The notes beneath the pieces were generated by a model. It was not told the origin of the DNA. It did no database searches and saw only the letters and a list, made by a program, of their open reading frames with translations. Below are positions 13,501 through 28,500 of a DNA stretch of 64,000 nt, in pieces. Where the stretch lies: assembly GCA_046563655.1 (NCBI GenBank), contig CM102287.1, forward strand, positions 1,798,001-1,862,000, given 5' to 3'. This DNA comes from Yuukianura sp. NJ FZ-2021 (Eukaryota). Both the position numbers and the translations under genes were made by a program. Each line of letters opens with the position of its first letter. The stretch's first letter is position 1.

Positions 13501-16500
13501 AGAATTTCGGACTGTTTTTGGACACAAGTTATTTAGATGTCCTTTATTTGATGCGAACGATGTTAGTAAAACATACAAAAGTATTTCGTAAAAATTCCAA
13601 CCAATAATAGCAAATAATGTTGAATGTTCAATTTTGATTTGGAAAGCGTCATAATCGAATATTCCCTGAAATTCCATAGGCAACTGAGTGATCGTGATTG
13701 TTAGTATCAAGGTGAGAACTCCTGGTTGGAATCTGGAGTGAGGGCAAGCTCGACATTTCACCGGCACTTCTCGTTTGGGCTCAAAGGTGAACCCTGACAA
13801 CAAGTGGTTCACTGGGTGATTTTGTCGTTGATGTAGTACGACAAAGTGGACCGGTATTTGATGCATAACATAAAGATGGTTATCAACGGTAACAAAGGTA
13901 AATTCCATGTTTTAGTGTTTCAGGCTTTGTTGTATAGTTCACCCATTAGTTAAACCTAAATGACTATTAGATTTATGCACTTGTTGCATAGTAGAGTAGT
14001 GCTAAAATAAAATTTCGGACTGTTTTTGGACACAAGTTATTTAGATGTCCTTTATTTGAAGTGAACGATGTTAGTAAAACATACAAAAGTATTTCTTGAA
14101 AATTCCAACCAATAATTGCAAATAATGGTGAATGTTCAATTTTTATTTGGAAAGTGTTATAATCGAATATTCCCTGAAATTCCATAGGCAACTGAGTGAT
14201 CGTGATTCCTAGTATCAAAGTGAGAACTCCTGGTTGGTAATCTGGAGTGAGGGCAAGCTCGACATTTCACCGGCACTTCTCGTTTGTGCTCAAAGATGAA
14301 CCCTGACAACATGTGGTTCACTGGGTGATTTTGTCGTTGATGCAGTACGACAAAGTGGACCGGTATTTGATGCATAACATAAAGATGGTTATCAACGGTA
14401 ACAAAGGTAAATTCCATGTTTTAGTGTTTCAGGCTTTGTTGTATAGTTCACCCATTAGTTAAACCTAAATGGCTATTAGATTTATGCACTTGTTGCATAG
14501 TAGAGTTGTGCTAAAATAGAATTTCGGACTGTTTTTGGACACAAGTTATTTAGATGTCCTTTATTTGATGCGAACGATGTTAGTAAAACATACAAAAGTA
14601 TTTCGTAAAAATTCCAACCAATAATAGCAAATAATGTTGAATGTTCAATTTTGATTTGGAAAGCGTCATAATCGAATATTCCCTGAAATTCCATAGGCAA
14701 CTGAGTGATCGTGATTCCTAGTATCAAAGTGAGAACTCCTGGTTGGTATCTGGAGTGAGGGCAAGCTCGACATTTCACCGGCACTTCTCGTTTGTGCTCA
14801 AAGATGAACCCTGACAACATGTGGTTCACTGGGTGATTTTGTCGTTGATGCAGTACGACAAAGTGGACCGGTATTTGATGCATAACATAAAGATGGTTAT
14901 CAACGGTAACAAAGGTAAATTCCATGTTTTAGTGTTTCAGGCTTTGTTGTATAGTTCACCCATTAGTTAAACCTAAATGGCTATTAGATTTATGCACTTG
15001 TTGCATAGTAGAGTTGTGCTAAAATAGAATTTCGGACTGTTTTTGGACACAAGTTATTTAGATGTCCTTTATTTGATGCGAACGATGTTAGTAAAACATA
15101 CAAAAGTATTTCGTAAAAATTCCAACCAATAATAGCAAATAATGTTGAATGTTCAATTTTGATTTGGAAAGCGTCATAATCGAATATTCCCTGAAATTCC
15201 ATAGGCAACTGAGTGATCGTGATTCCTAGTATCAAAGTGAGAACTCCTGGTTGGTATCTGGAGTGAGGGCAAGCTCGACATTTCACCGGCACTTCTCGTT
15301 TGTGCTCAAAGATGAACCCTGACAACATGTGGTTCACTGGGTGATTTTGTCGTTGATGCAGTACGACAAAGTGGACCGGTATTTGATGCATAACATAAAG
15401 ATGGTTATCAACGGTAACAAAGGTAAATTCCATGTTTTAGTGTTTCAGGCTTTGTTGTATAGTTCACCCATTAGTTAAACCTAAATGGCTATTAGATTTA
15501 TGCACTTGTTGCATAGTAGAGTTGTGCTAAAATAGAATTTCGGACTGTTTTTGGACACAAGTTATTTAGATGTCCTTTATTTGATGCGAACGATGTTAGT
15601 AAAACATACAAAAGTATTTCGTAAAAATTCCAACCAATAATAGCAAATAATGGTTGAATGTTCAATTTTGATTTGGAAAGCGTCATAATCGAATATTCCC
15701 TGAAATTCCATAGGCAACTGAGTGATCGTGATTCCTAGTATCAAAGTGAGAACTCCTGGTTGGTATCTGGAGTGAGGGCAAGCTCGACATTTCACCGGCA
15801 CTTCTCGTTTGTGCTCAAAGATGAACCCTGACAACATGTGGTTCACTGGGTGATTTTGTCGTTGATGCAGTACGACAAAGTGGACCGGTATTTGATGCAT
15901 AACATAAAGATGGTTATCAACGGTAACAAAGGTAAATTCCATGTTTTAGTGTTTCAGGCTTTGTTGTATAGTTCACCCATTAGTTAAACCTAAATGGCTA
16001 TTAGATTTATGCACTTGTTGCATAGTAGAGTTGTGCTAAAATAGAATTTCGGACTGTTTTTGGACACAAGTTATTTAGATGTCCTTTATTTGATGCGAAC
16101 GATGTTAGTAAAACATACAAAAGTATTTCGTAAAAATTCCAACCAATAATAGCAAATAATGTTGAATGTTCAATTTTGATTTGGAAAGCGTCATAATCGA
16201 ATATTCCCTGAAATTCCATAGGCAACTGAGTGATCGTGATTCCTAGTATCAAAGTGAGAACTCCTGGTTGGTATCTGGAGTGAGGGCAAGCTCGACATTT
16301 CACCGGCACTTCTCGTTTGTGCTCAAAGATGAACCCTGACAACATGTGGTTCACTGGGTGATTTTGTCGTTTATACACTACGACAAAGTGGACCGGTATT
16401 TGATGCATAACATAAAGATGGTTATCAACGGTAACAAAGGTAAATTCCATGTTTTAGTGTTTCAGGCTTTGTTGTATAGTTCACCCATTAGTTAAACCTA

Positions 16501-19500
16501 AATGGCTATTAGATTTATGCACTTGTTGCATAGTAGAGTTGTGCTAAAATAGAATTTCGGACTGTTTTTGGACACAAGTTATTTAGATGTCCTTTATTTG
16601 ATGCGAACGATGTTAGTAAAACATACAAAAGTATTTCGTAAAAATTCCAACCAATAATAGCAAATAATGTTGAATGTTCAATTTTGATTTGGAAAGCGTC
16701 ATAATCGAATATTCCCTGAAATTCCATAGGCAACTGAGTGATCGTGATTGTTAGTATCAAGGTGAGAACTCCTGGTTGGAATCTGGAGTGAGGGCAAGCT
16801 CGACATTTCACCGGCACTTCTCGTTTGTGCTCAAAGATGAACCCTGACAACATGTGGTTCACTGGGTGATTTTGTCGTTGATGCAGTACGACAAAGTGGA
16901 CCGGTATTTGATGCATAAGATAAAGATGGTTATCAACGGTAACAAAGGTAAATTCCATGTTTTAGTGTTTCAGGCTTTGTTGTATAGTTCACCCATTAGT
17001 TAAACCTAAATGGCTATTAGATTTATGCACTTGTTGCATAGTAGAGTTGTGCTAAAATAGAATTTCGGACTGTTTTTGGACACAAGTTATTTAGATGTCC
17101 ATTATTTGATGCGAACGATGTTAGTAAAACATACAAAAGTATTTCCTAAAAATTCCAACCAATAATAGCAAATAATGTTGAATGTTCAATTTTGATTTAG
17201 AAAATGTTATAATCGAATATTCCTTGAAATTCCATAGGCAACTGAGTGATCGTGATTCCTAGTATCAAAGTGAGAACTCCTAGTTGGTATCTGGAGTGAG
17301 GGCAAGCTCGACATTTCACCGGCACTTCTCGCTTGGGCTCAAAGGTGAACCCTGACAACAAGTGGTTCACTGGGTGATTTTGTCGTTGATGTAGTACGAC
17401 AAAGTGGACCGGTATTTGATGCATAACATAAAGATGGTTATCAACGGTAACAAAGGTAAATTCCATGTTTTAGTGTTTCAGGCTTTGTTGTATAGTTCAC
17501 CCTTTAGTTAAACCTTAATGGCTATTAGATTTATGCACTTGTTGCATAGTAGAGTTGTGCTAAAATAGAATTTCGGACTGTTTTTGGACACAAGTTATTT
17601 AGATGTCCTTTATTTGATGCGAAAGATGTTAGTAAAACATACAAAAGTATTTCGTAAAAATTCCAACCAATAATAGCAAATAATGTTGAATGTTCAATTT
17701 TGATTTGGAAAGCGTCATAATCGAATATTCCCTGAAATTCCATAGGCAACTGAGTGATCGTGATTGTTAGTATCAAGGTGAGAACTCCTGGTTGGAATCT
17801 GGAGTGAGGGCAAGCTCGACATTTCACCGGCACTTCTCGTTTGGGCTCAAAGGTGAACCCTGACAACAAGTGGTTCACTGGGTGATTTTGTCGTTGATGT
17901 AGTACGACAAAGTGGACCGGTATTTGATGCATAACATAAAGATGGTTATCAACGGTAACAAAGGTAAATTCCATGTTTTAGTGTTTCAGGCTTTGTTGTA
18001 TAGTTCACCCATTAGTTAAACCTAAATGACTATTAGATTTATGCACTTGTTGCATAGTAGAGTTGTGCTAAAATAGAATTTCGGACTGTTTTTGGACACA
18101 AGTTATTTAGATGTCCTTTATTTGATGCGAACGATGTTAGTAAAACATACAAAAGTATTTCGTAAAAATTCCAACCAATAATAGCAAATAATGTTGAATG
18201 TTCAATTTTGATTTGGAAAGCGTCATAATCGAATATTCCCTGAAATTCCATAGGCAACTGAGTGATCGTGATTCCTAGTATCAAAGTGAGAACTCCTGGT
18301 TGGTAATCTGGAGTGAGGGCAAGCTCGACATTTCACCGGCACTTCTCGTTTGTGCTCAAAGATGAACCCTGACAACATGTGGTTCACTGGGTGATTTTGT
18401 CGTTGATGCAGTACGACAAAGTGGACCGGTATTTGATGCATAACATAAAGATGGTTATCAACGGTAACAAAGGTAAATTCCATGTTTTAGTGTTTCAGGC
18501 TTTGTTGTATAGTTCACCCATTAGTTAAACCTAAATGGCTATTAGATTTATGCACTTGTTGCATAGTAGAGTTGTGCTAAAATAGAATTTCGGACTGTTT
18601 TTGGACACAAGTTATTTAGATGTCCTTTATTTGATGCGAACGATGTTAGTAAAACATACAAAAGTATTTCGTAAAAATTCCAACCAATAATAGCAAATAA
18701 TGTTGAATGTTCAATTTTGATTTGGAAAGCGTCATAATCGAATATTCCCTGAAATTCCATAGGCAACTGAGTGATCGTGATTGTTAGTATCAAGGTGAGA
18801 ACTCCTGGTTGGAATCTGGAGTGAGGGCAAGCTCGACATTTCACCGGCACTTCTCGTTTGTGCTCAAAGATGAACCCTGACAACATGTGGTTCACTGGGT
18901 GATTTTGTCGTTGATGCAGTACGACAAAGTGGACCGGTATTTGATGCATAAGATAAAGATGGTTATCAACGGTAACAAAGGTAAATTCCATGTTTTAGTG
19001 TTTCAGGCTTTGTTGTATAGTTCACCCATTAGTTAAACCTAAATGGCTATTAGATTTATGCACTTGTTGCATAGTAGAGTTGTGCTAAAATAGAATTTCG
19101 GACTGTTTTTGGACACAAGTTATTTAGATGTCCTTTATTTGATGCGAACGATGTTAGTAAAACATACAAAAGTATTTCGTAAAAATTCCAACCAATAATA
19201 GCAAATAATGTTGAATGTTCAATTTTGATTTGGAAAGCGTCATAATCGAATATTCCCTGAAATTCCATAGGCAACTGAGTGATCGTGATTCCTAGTATCA
19301 AAGTGAGAACTCCTGGTTGGTATCTGGAGTGAGGGCAAGCTCGACATTTCACCGGCACTTCTCGTTTGTGCTCAAAGATGAACCCTGACAACATGTGGTT
19401 CACTGGGTGATTTTGTCGTTGATGCAGTACGACAAAGTGGACCGGTATTTGATGCATAACATAAAGATGGTTATCAACGGTAACAAAGGTAAATTCCATG

Positions 19501-22500
19501 TTTTAGTGTTTCAGGCTTTGTTGTATAGTTCACCCATTAGTTAAACCTAAATGGCTATTAGATTTATGCACTTGTTGCATAGTAGAGTTGTGCTAAAATA
19601 GAATTTCGGACTGTTTTTGGACACAAGTTATTTAGATGTCCTTTATTTGATGCGAACGATGTTAGTAAAACATACAAAAGTATTTCGTAAAAATTCCAAC
19701 CAATAATAGCAAATAATGTTGAATGTTCAATTTTGATTTGGAAAGCGTCATAATCGAATATTCCCTGAAATTCCATAGGCAACTGAGTGATCGTGATTGT
19801 TAGTATCAAAGGTGAGAACTCCTGGTTGGAATCTGGAGTGAGGGCAAGCTCGACATTTCACCGGCACTTCTCGTTTGGGCTCAAAGGTGAACCCTGACAA
19901 CAAGTGGTTCACTGGGTGATTTTGTCGTTGATGTAGTACGACAAAGTGGACCGGTATTTGATGCATAACATAAAGATGGTTATCAACGGTAACAAAGGTA
20001 AATTCCATGTTTTAGTGTTTCAGGCTTTGTTGTATAGTTCACCCTTTAGTTAAACCTTAATGGCTATTAGATTTATGCACTTGTTGCATAGTAGAGTTGT
20101 GCTAAAATAGAATTTCGGACTGTTTTTGGACACAAGTTATTTAGATGTCCTTTATTTGATGCGAAAGATGTTAGTAAAACATACAAAAGTATTTCGTAAA
20201 AATTCCAACCAATAATAGCAAATAATGTTGAATGTTCAATTTTGATTTGGAAAGCGTCATAATCGAATATTCCCTGAAATTCCATAAGCAACTGAGTGAT
20301 CGTGATTGTTAGTATCAAGGTGAGAACTCCTGGTTGGAATCTGGAGTGAGGGCAAGCTCGACATTTCACCGGCACTTCTCGTTTGGGCTCAAAGGTGAAC
20401 CCTGACAACAAGTGGTTCACTGGGTGATTTTGTCGTTGATGTAGTACGACAAAGTGGACCGGTATTTGATGCATAACATAAAGATGGTTATCAACGGTAA
20501 CAAAGGTAAATTCCATGTTTTAGTGTTTCAGGCTTTGTTGTATAGTTCACCCATTAGTTAAACCTAAATGACTATTAGATTTATGCACTTGTTGCATAGT
20601 AGAGTTGTGCTAAAATAGAATTTCGGACTGTTTTTGGACACAAGTTATTTAGATGTCCTTTATTTGATGCGAACGATGTTAGTAAAACATACAAAAGTAT
20701 TTCGTAAAAATTCCAACCAATAATAGCAAATAATGTTGAATGTTCAATTTTGATTTGGAAAGTGTTATAATCGAATATCCCGTGAAATTCCATAGGCAAC
20801 TGAGTGATCGTGATTCCTAGTATCAAAGTGAGAACTCCTGGTTGGTATCTGGAGTGAGGGCAAGCTCGACATTTCACCGGCACTTCTCGTTTGTGCTCAA
20901 AGATGAACCCTGACAACATGTGGTTCACTGGGTGATTTTGTCGTTGATGCAGTACGACAAAGTGGACCGGTATTTGATGCATAACATAAAGATGGTTATC
21001 AACGGTAACAAATGTAAATTCCATGTTTTAGTGTTTCAGGCTTTGTTGTATAGTTCACCCATTAGTTAAACCTAAATGGCTATTAGATTTATGCACTTGT
21101 TGCATAGTAGAGTTGTGCTAAAATAGAATTTCGGACTGTTTTTGGACACAAGTTATTTAGATGTCCTTTATTTGATGCGAACGATGTTAGTAAAACATAC
21201 AAAAGTATTTCGTAAAAATTCCAACCAATAATAGCAAATAATGTTGAATGTTCAATTTTGATTTGGAAAGCGTCATAATCGAATATTCCCTGAAATTCCA
21301 TAGGCAACTGAGTGATCGTGATTGTTAGTATCAAGGTGAGAACTCCTGGTTGGAATCTGGAGTGAGGGCAAGCTCGACATTTCACCGGCACTTCTCGTTT
21401 GTGCTCAAAGATGAACCCTGACAACATGTGGTTCACTGGGTGATTTTGTCGTTGATGCAGTACGACAAAGTGGACCGGTATTTGATGCATAAGATAAAGA
21501 TGGTTATCAACGGTAACAAAGGTAAATTCCATGTTTTAGTGTTTCAGGCTTTGTTGTATAGTTCACCCATTAGTTAAACCTAAATGGCTATTAGATTTAT
21601 GCACTTGTTGCATAGTAGAGTTGTGCTAAAATAGAATTTCGGACTGTTTTTGGACACAAGTTATTTAGATGTCCTTTATTTGATGCGAACGATGTTAGTA
21701 AAACATACAAAAGTATTTCGTAAAAATTCCAACCAATAATAGCAAATAATGTTGAATGTTCAATTTTGATTTGGAAAGCGTCATAATCGAATATTCCCTG
21801 AAATTCCATAGGCAACTGAGTGATCGTGATTCCTAGTATCAAAGTGAGAACTCCTGGTTGGTATCTGGAGTGAGGGCAAGCTCGACATTTCACCGGCACT
21901 TCTCGTTTGTGCTCAAAGATGAACCCTGACAACATGTGGTTCACTGGGTGATTTTGTCGTTGATGCAGTACGACAAAGTGGACCGGTATTTGATGCATAA
22001 CATAAAGATGGTTATCAACGGTAACAAAGGTAAATTCCATGTTTTAGTGTTTCAGGCTTTGTTGTATAGTTCACCCATTAGTTAAACCTAAATGGCTATT
22101 AGATTTATGCACTTGTTGCATAGTAGAGTTGTGCTAAAATAGAATTTCGGACTGTTTTTGGACACAAGTTATTTAGATGTCCTTTATTTGATGCGAACGA
22201 TGTTAGTAAAACATACAAAAGTATTTCGTAAAAATTCCAACCAATAATAGCAAATAATGTTGAATGTTCAATTTTGATTTGGAAAGCGTCATAATCGAAT
22301 ATTCCCTGAAATTCCATAGGCAACTGAGTGATCGTGATTGTTAGTATCAAGGTGAGAACTCCTGGTTGGAATCTGGAGTGAGGGCAAGCTCGACATTTCA
22401 CCGGCACTTCTCGTTTGGGCTCAAAGGTGAACCCTGACAACAAGTGGTTCACTGGGTGATTTTGTCGTTGATGTAGTACGACAAAGTGGACCGGTATTTG

Positions 22501-25500
22501 ATGCATAACATAAAGATGGTTATCAACGGTAACAAAGGTAAATTCCATGTTTTAGTGTTTCAGGCTTTGTTGTATAGTTCACCCATTAGTTAAACCTAAA
22601 TGACTATTAGATTTATGCACTTGTTGCATAGTAGAGTAGTGCTAAAATAAAATTTCGGACTGTTTTTGGACACAAGTTATTTAGATGTCCTTTATTTGAT
22701 GTGAACGATGTTAGTAAAACATACAAAAGTATTTCTTGAAAATTCCAACCAATAATTGCAAATAATGGTTGAATGTTCAATTTTGATTTGGAAAGTGTTA
22801 TAATCGAATATTCCTTGAAATTCCATAGGCAACTGAGTGATCGTGATTCCTAGTATCAAAGTGAGAACTCCTGGTTGGTATCTGGAGTGAGGGCAAGCTC
22901 GACATTTCACCGGCACTTCTCGTTTGTGCTCAAAGATGAACCCTGACAACATGTGGTTCACTGGGTGATTTTGTCGTTGATGCAGTACGACAAAGTGGAC
23001 CGGTATTTGATGCATAACATAAAGATGGTTATCAACGGTAACAAAGGTAAATTCCATGTTTTAGTGTTTCAGGCTTTGTTGTATAGTTCACCCATTAGTT
23101 AAACCTAAATGGCTATTAGATTTATGCACTTGTTGCATAGTAGAGTTGTGCTAAAATAGAATTTCGGACTGTTTTTGGACACAAGTTATTTAGATGTCCT
23201 TTATTTGATGCGAAAGATGTTAGTAAAACATACAAAAGTATTTCGTAAAAATTCCAACCAATAATAGCAAATAATGTTGAATGTTCAATTTTGATTTGGA
23301 AAGCGTCATAATCGAATATTCCCTGAAATTCCATAAGCAACTGAGTGATCGTGATTGTTAGTATCAAGGTGAGAACTCCTGGTTGGAATCTGGAGTGAGG
23401 GCAAGCTCGACATTTCACCGGCACTTCTCGTTTGGGCTCAAAGGTGAACCCTGACAACAAGTGGTTCACTGGGTGATTTTGTCGTTGATGTAGTACGACA
23501 AAGTGGACCGGTATTTGATGCATAACATAAAGATGGTTATCAACGGTAACAAAGGTAAATTCCATGTTTTAGTGTTTCAGGCTTTGTTGTATAGTTCACC
23601 CATTAGTTAAACCTAAATGGACTATTAGATTTATGCACTTGTTGCATAGTAGAGTAGTGCTAAAATAGAATTTCGGACTGTTTTTGGACACAAGTTATTT
23701 AGATGTCCTTTATTTGATGCGAACGATGTTAGTAAAACATACAAAAGTATTTCGTAAAAATTCCAACCAATAATAGCAAATAATGTTGAATGTTCAATTT
23801 TGATTTGGAAAGCGTCATAATCGAATATTCCCTGAAATTCCATAGGCAACTGAGTGATCGTGATTCCTAGTATCAAAGTGAGAACTCCTGGTTGGTATCT
23901 GGAGTGAGGGCAAGCTCGACATTTCACCGGCACTTCTCGTTTGTGCTCAAAGATGAACCCTGACAACATGTGGTTCACTGGGTGATTTTGTCGTTGATGC
24001 AGTACGACAAAGTGGACCGGTATTTGATGCATAACATAAAGATGGTTATCAACGGTAACAAAGGTAAATTCCATGTTTTAGTGTTTCAGGCTTTGTTGTA
24101 TAGTTCACCCATTAGTTAAACCTAAATGGCTATTAGATTTATGCACTTGTTGCATAGTAGAGTTGTGCTAAAATAGAATTTCGGACTGTTTTTGGACACA
24201 AGTTATTTAGATGTCCATTATTTGATGCGAACGATGTTAGTAAAACATACAAAAGTATTTCCTAAAAATTCCAACCAATAATAGCAAATAATGTTGAATG
24301 TTCAATTTTGATTTGGAAAGTGTTATAATCGAATATTCCTTGAAATTCCATAGGCAACTGAGTGATCGTGATTCCTAGTATCAAAGTGAGAACTCCTAGT
24401 TGGTATCTGGAGTGAGGGCAAGCTCGACATTTCACCGGCACTTCTCGCTTGGGCTCAAAGGTGAACCCTGACAACAAGTGGTTCACTGGGTGATTTTGTC
24501 GTTGATGTAGTACGACAAAGTGGACCGGTATTTGATGCATAACATAAAGATGGTTATCAACGGTAACAAAGGTAAATTCCATGTTTTAGTGTTTCAGGCT
24601 TTGTTGTATAGTTCACCCTTTAGTTAAACCTTAATGGCTATTAGATTTATGCACTTGTTGCATAGTAGAGTTGTGCTAAAATAGAATTTCGGACTGTTTT
24701 TGGACACAAGTTATTTAGATGTCCTTTATTTGATGCGAAAGATGTTAGTAAAACATACAAAAGTATTTCGTAAAAATTCCAACCAATAATAGCAAATAAT
24801 GTTGAATGTTCAATTTTGATTTGGAAAGCGTCATAATCGAATATTCCCTGAAATTCCATAAGCAACTGAGTGATCGTGATTGTTAGTATCAAAGGTGAGA
24901 ACTCCTGGTTGGAATCTGGAGTGAGGGCAAGCTCGACATTTCACCGGCACTTCTCGTTTGGGCTCAAAGGTGAACCCTGACAACAAGTGGTTCACTGGGT
25001 GATTTTGTCGTTGATGTAGTACGACAAAGTGGACCGGTATTTGATGCATAACATAAAGATGGTTATCAACGGTAACAAAGGTAAATTCCATGTTTTAGTG
25101 TTTCAGGCTTTGTTGTATAGTTCACCCATTAGTTAAACCTAAATGACTATTAGATTTATGCACTTGTTGCATAGTAGAGTAGTGCTAAAATAGAATTTCG
25201 GACTGTTTTTGGACACAAGTTATTTAGATGTCCTTTATTTGATGCGAACGATGTTAGTAAAACATACAAAAGTATTTCGTAAAAATTCCAACCAATAATA
25301 GCAAATAATGTTGAATGTTCAATTTTGATTTGGAAAGCGTCATAATCGAATATTCCCTGAAATTCCATAGGCAACTGAGTGATCGTGATTCCTAGTATCA
25401 AAGTGAGAACTCCTGGTTGGTATCTGGAGTGAGGGCAAGCTCGACATTTCACCGGCACTTCTCGTTTGTGCTCAAAGATGAACCCTGACAACATGTGGTT

Positions 25501-28500
25501 CACTGGGTGATTTTGTCGTTGATGCAGTACGACAAAGTGGACCGGTATTTGATGCATAACATAAAGATGGTTATCAACGGTAACAAAGGTAAATTCCATG
25601 TTTTAGTGTTTCAGGCTTTGTTGTATAGTTCACCCATTAGTTAAACCTAAATGGCTATTAGATTTATGCACTTGTTGCATAGTAGAGTTGTGCTAAAATA
25701 GAATTTCGGACTGTTTTTGGACACAAGTTATTTAGATGTCCTTTATTTGATGCGAACGATGTTAGTAAAACATACAAAAGTATTTCGTAAAAATTCCAAC
25801 CAATAATAGCAAATAATGTTGAATGTTCAATTTTGATTTGGAAAGCGTCATAATCGAATATTCCCTGAAATTCCATAGGCAACTGAGTGATCGTGATTGT
25901 TAGTATCAAGGTGAGAACTCCTGGTTGGAATCTGGAGTGAGGGCAAGCTCGACATTTCACCGGCACTTCTCGTTTGTGCTCAAAGGATGAACCCTGACAA
26001 CATGTGGTTCACTGGGTGATTTTGTCGTTGATGTAGTACGACAAAGTGGACCGGTATTTGATGCATAACATAAAGATGGTTATCAACGGTAACAAAGGTA
26101 AATTCCATGTTTTAGTGTTTCAGGCTTTGTTGTATAGTTCACCCATTAGTTAAACCTAAATGGCTATTAGATTTATGCACTTGTTGCATAGTAGAGTTGT
26201 GCTAAAATAGAATTTCGGACTGTTTTTGGACACAAGTTATTTAGATGTCCTTTATTTGATGCGAACGATGTTAGTAAAACATACAAAAGTATTTCGTAAA
26301 AATTCCAACCAATAATAGCAAATAATGTTGAATGTTCAATTTTGATTTGGAAAGCGTCATAATCGAATATTCCCTGAAATTCCATAGGCAACTGAGTGAT
26401 CGTGATTGTTAGTATCAAGGTGAGAACTCCTGGTTGGAATCTGGAGTGAGGGCAAGCTCGACATTTCACCGGCACTTCTCGTTTGTGCTCAAAGGTGAAC
26501 CCTGACAACAATGTGGTTCACTGGGTGATTTTGTCGTTGATGCAGTACGACAAAGTGGACCGGTATTTGATGCATAAGATAAAGATGGTTATCAACGGTA
26601 ACAAAGGTAAATTCCATGTTTTAGTGTTTCAGGCTTTGTTGTATAGTTCACCCATTAGTTAAACCTAAATGGCTATTAGATTTATGCACTTGTTGCATAG
26701 TAGAGTTGTGCTAAAATAGAATTTCGGACTGTTTTTGGACACAAGTTATTTAGATGTCCATTATTTGATGCGAACGATGTTAGTAAAACATACAAAAGTA
26801 TTTCCTAAAAATTCCAACCAATAATAGCAAATAATGTTGAATGTTCAATTTTGATTTGGAAAGTGTTATAATCGAATATTCCTTGAAATTCCATAGGCAA
26901 CTGAGTGATCGTGATTCCTAGTATCAAAGGTGAGAACTCCTAGTTGGTATCTGGAGTGAGGGCAAGCTCGACATTTCACCGGCACTTCTCGTTTGGGCTC
27001 AAAGGTGAACCCTGACAACAAGTGGTTCACTGGGTGATTTTGTCGTTGATGTAGTACGACAAAGTGGACCGGTATTTGATGCATAACATAAAGATGGTTA
27101 TCAACGGTAACAAAGGTAAATTCCATGTTTTAGTGTTTCAGGCTTTGTTGTATAGTTCACCCTTTAGTTAAACCTTAATGGCTATTAGATTTATGCACTT
27201 GTTGCATAGTAGAGTTGTGCTAAAATAGAATTTCGGACTGTTTTTGGACACAAGTTATTTAGATGTCCTTTATTTGATGCGAAAGATGTTAGTAAAACAT
27301 ACAAAAGTATTTCGTAAAAATTCCAACCAATAATAGCAAATAATGTTGAATGTTCAATTTTGATTTGGAAAGCGTCATAATCGAATATTCCCTGAAATTC
27401 CATAAGCAACTGAGTGATCGTGATTGTTAGTATCAAGGTGAGAACTCCTGGTTGGAATCTGGAGTGAGGGCAAGCTCGACATTTCACCGGCACTTCTCGT
27501 TTGTGCTCAAAGGTGATGAACCCTGACAACATGTGGTTCACTGGGTGATTTTGTCGTTGATGCAGTACGACAAAGTGGACCGGTATTTGATGCATAAGAT
27601 AAAGATGGTTATCAACGGTAACAAAGGTAAATTCCATGTTTTAGTGTTTCAGGCTTTGTTGTATAGTTCACCCATTAGTTAAACCTAAATGGCTATTAGA
27701 TTTATGCACTTGTTGCATAGTAGAGTTGTGCTAAAATAGAATTTCGGACTGTTTTTGGACACAAGTTATTTAGATGTCCATTATTTGATGCGAACGATGT
27801 TAGTAAAACATACAAAAGTATTTCCTAAAAATTCCAACCAATAATAGCAAATAATGTTGAATGTTCAATTTTGATTTGGAAAGTGTTATAATCGAATATT
27901 CCTTGAAATTCCATAGGCAACTGAGTGATCGTGATTGTTAGTATCAAGGTGAGAACTCCTGGTTGGAATCTGGAGTGAGGGCAAGCTCGACATTTCACCG
28001 GCACTTCTCGTTTGGGCTCAAAGGTGAACCCTGACAACAAGTGGTTCACTGGGTGATTTTGTCGTTGATGTAGTACGACAAAGTGGACCGGTATTTGATG
28101 CATAACATAAAGATGGTTATCAACGGTAACAAAGGTAAATTCCATGTTTTAGTGTTTCAGGCTTTGTTGTATAGTTCACCCATTAGTTAAACCTAAATGA
28201 CTATTAGATTTATGCACTTGTTGCATAGTAGAGTAGTGCTAAAATAGAATTTCGGACTGTTTTTGGACACAAGTTATTTAGATGTCCTTTATTTGATGCG
28301 AACGATGTTAGTAAAACATACAAAAGTATTTCGTAAAAATTCCAACCAATAATAGCAAATAATGTTGAATGTTCAATTTTGATTTGGAAAGCGTCATAAT
28401 CGAATATTCCCTGAAATTCCATAAGCAACAGAGTGATCGTGATTGTTAGTATCAAGGTGAGAACTCCTGGTTGGTATCTGGAGTGAGGGCAAGCTCGACA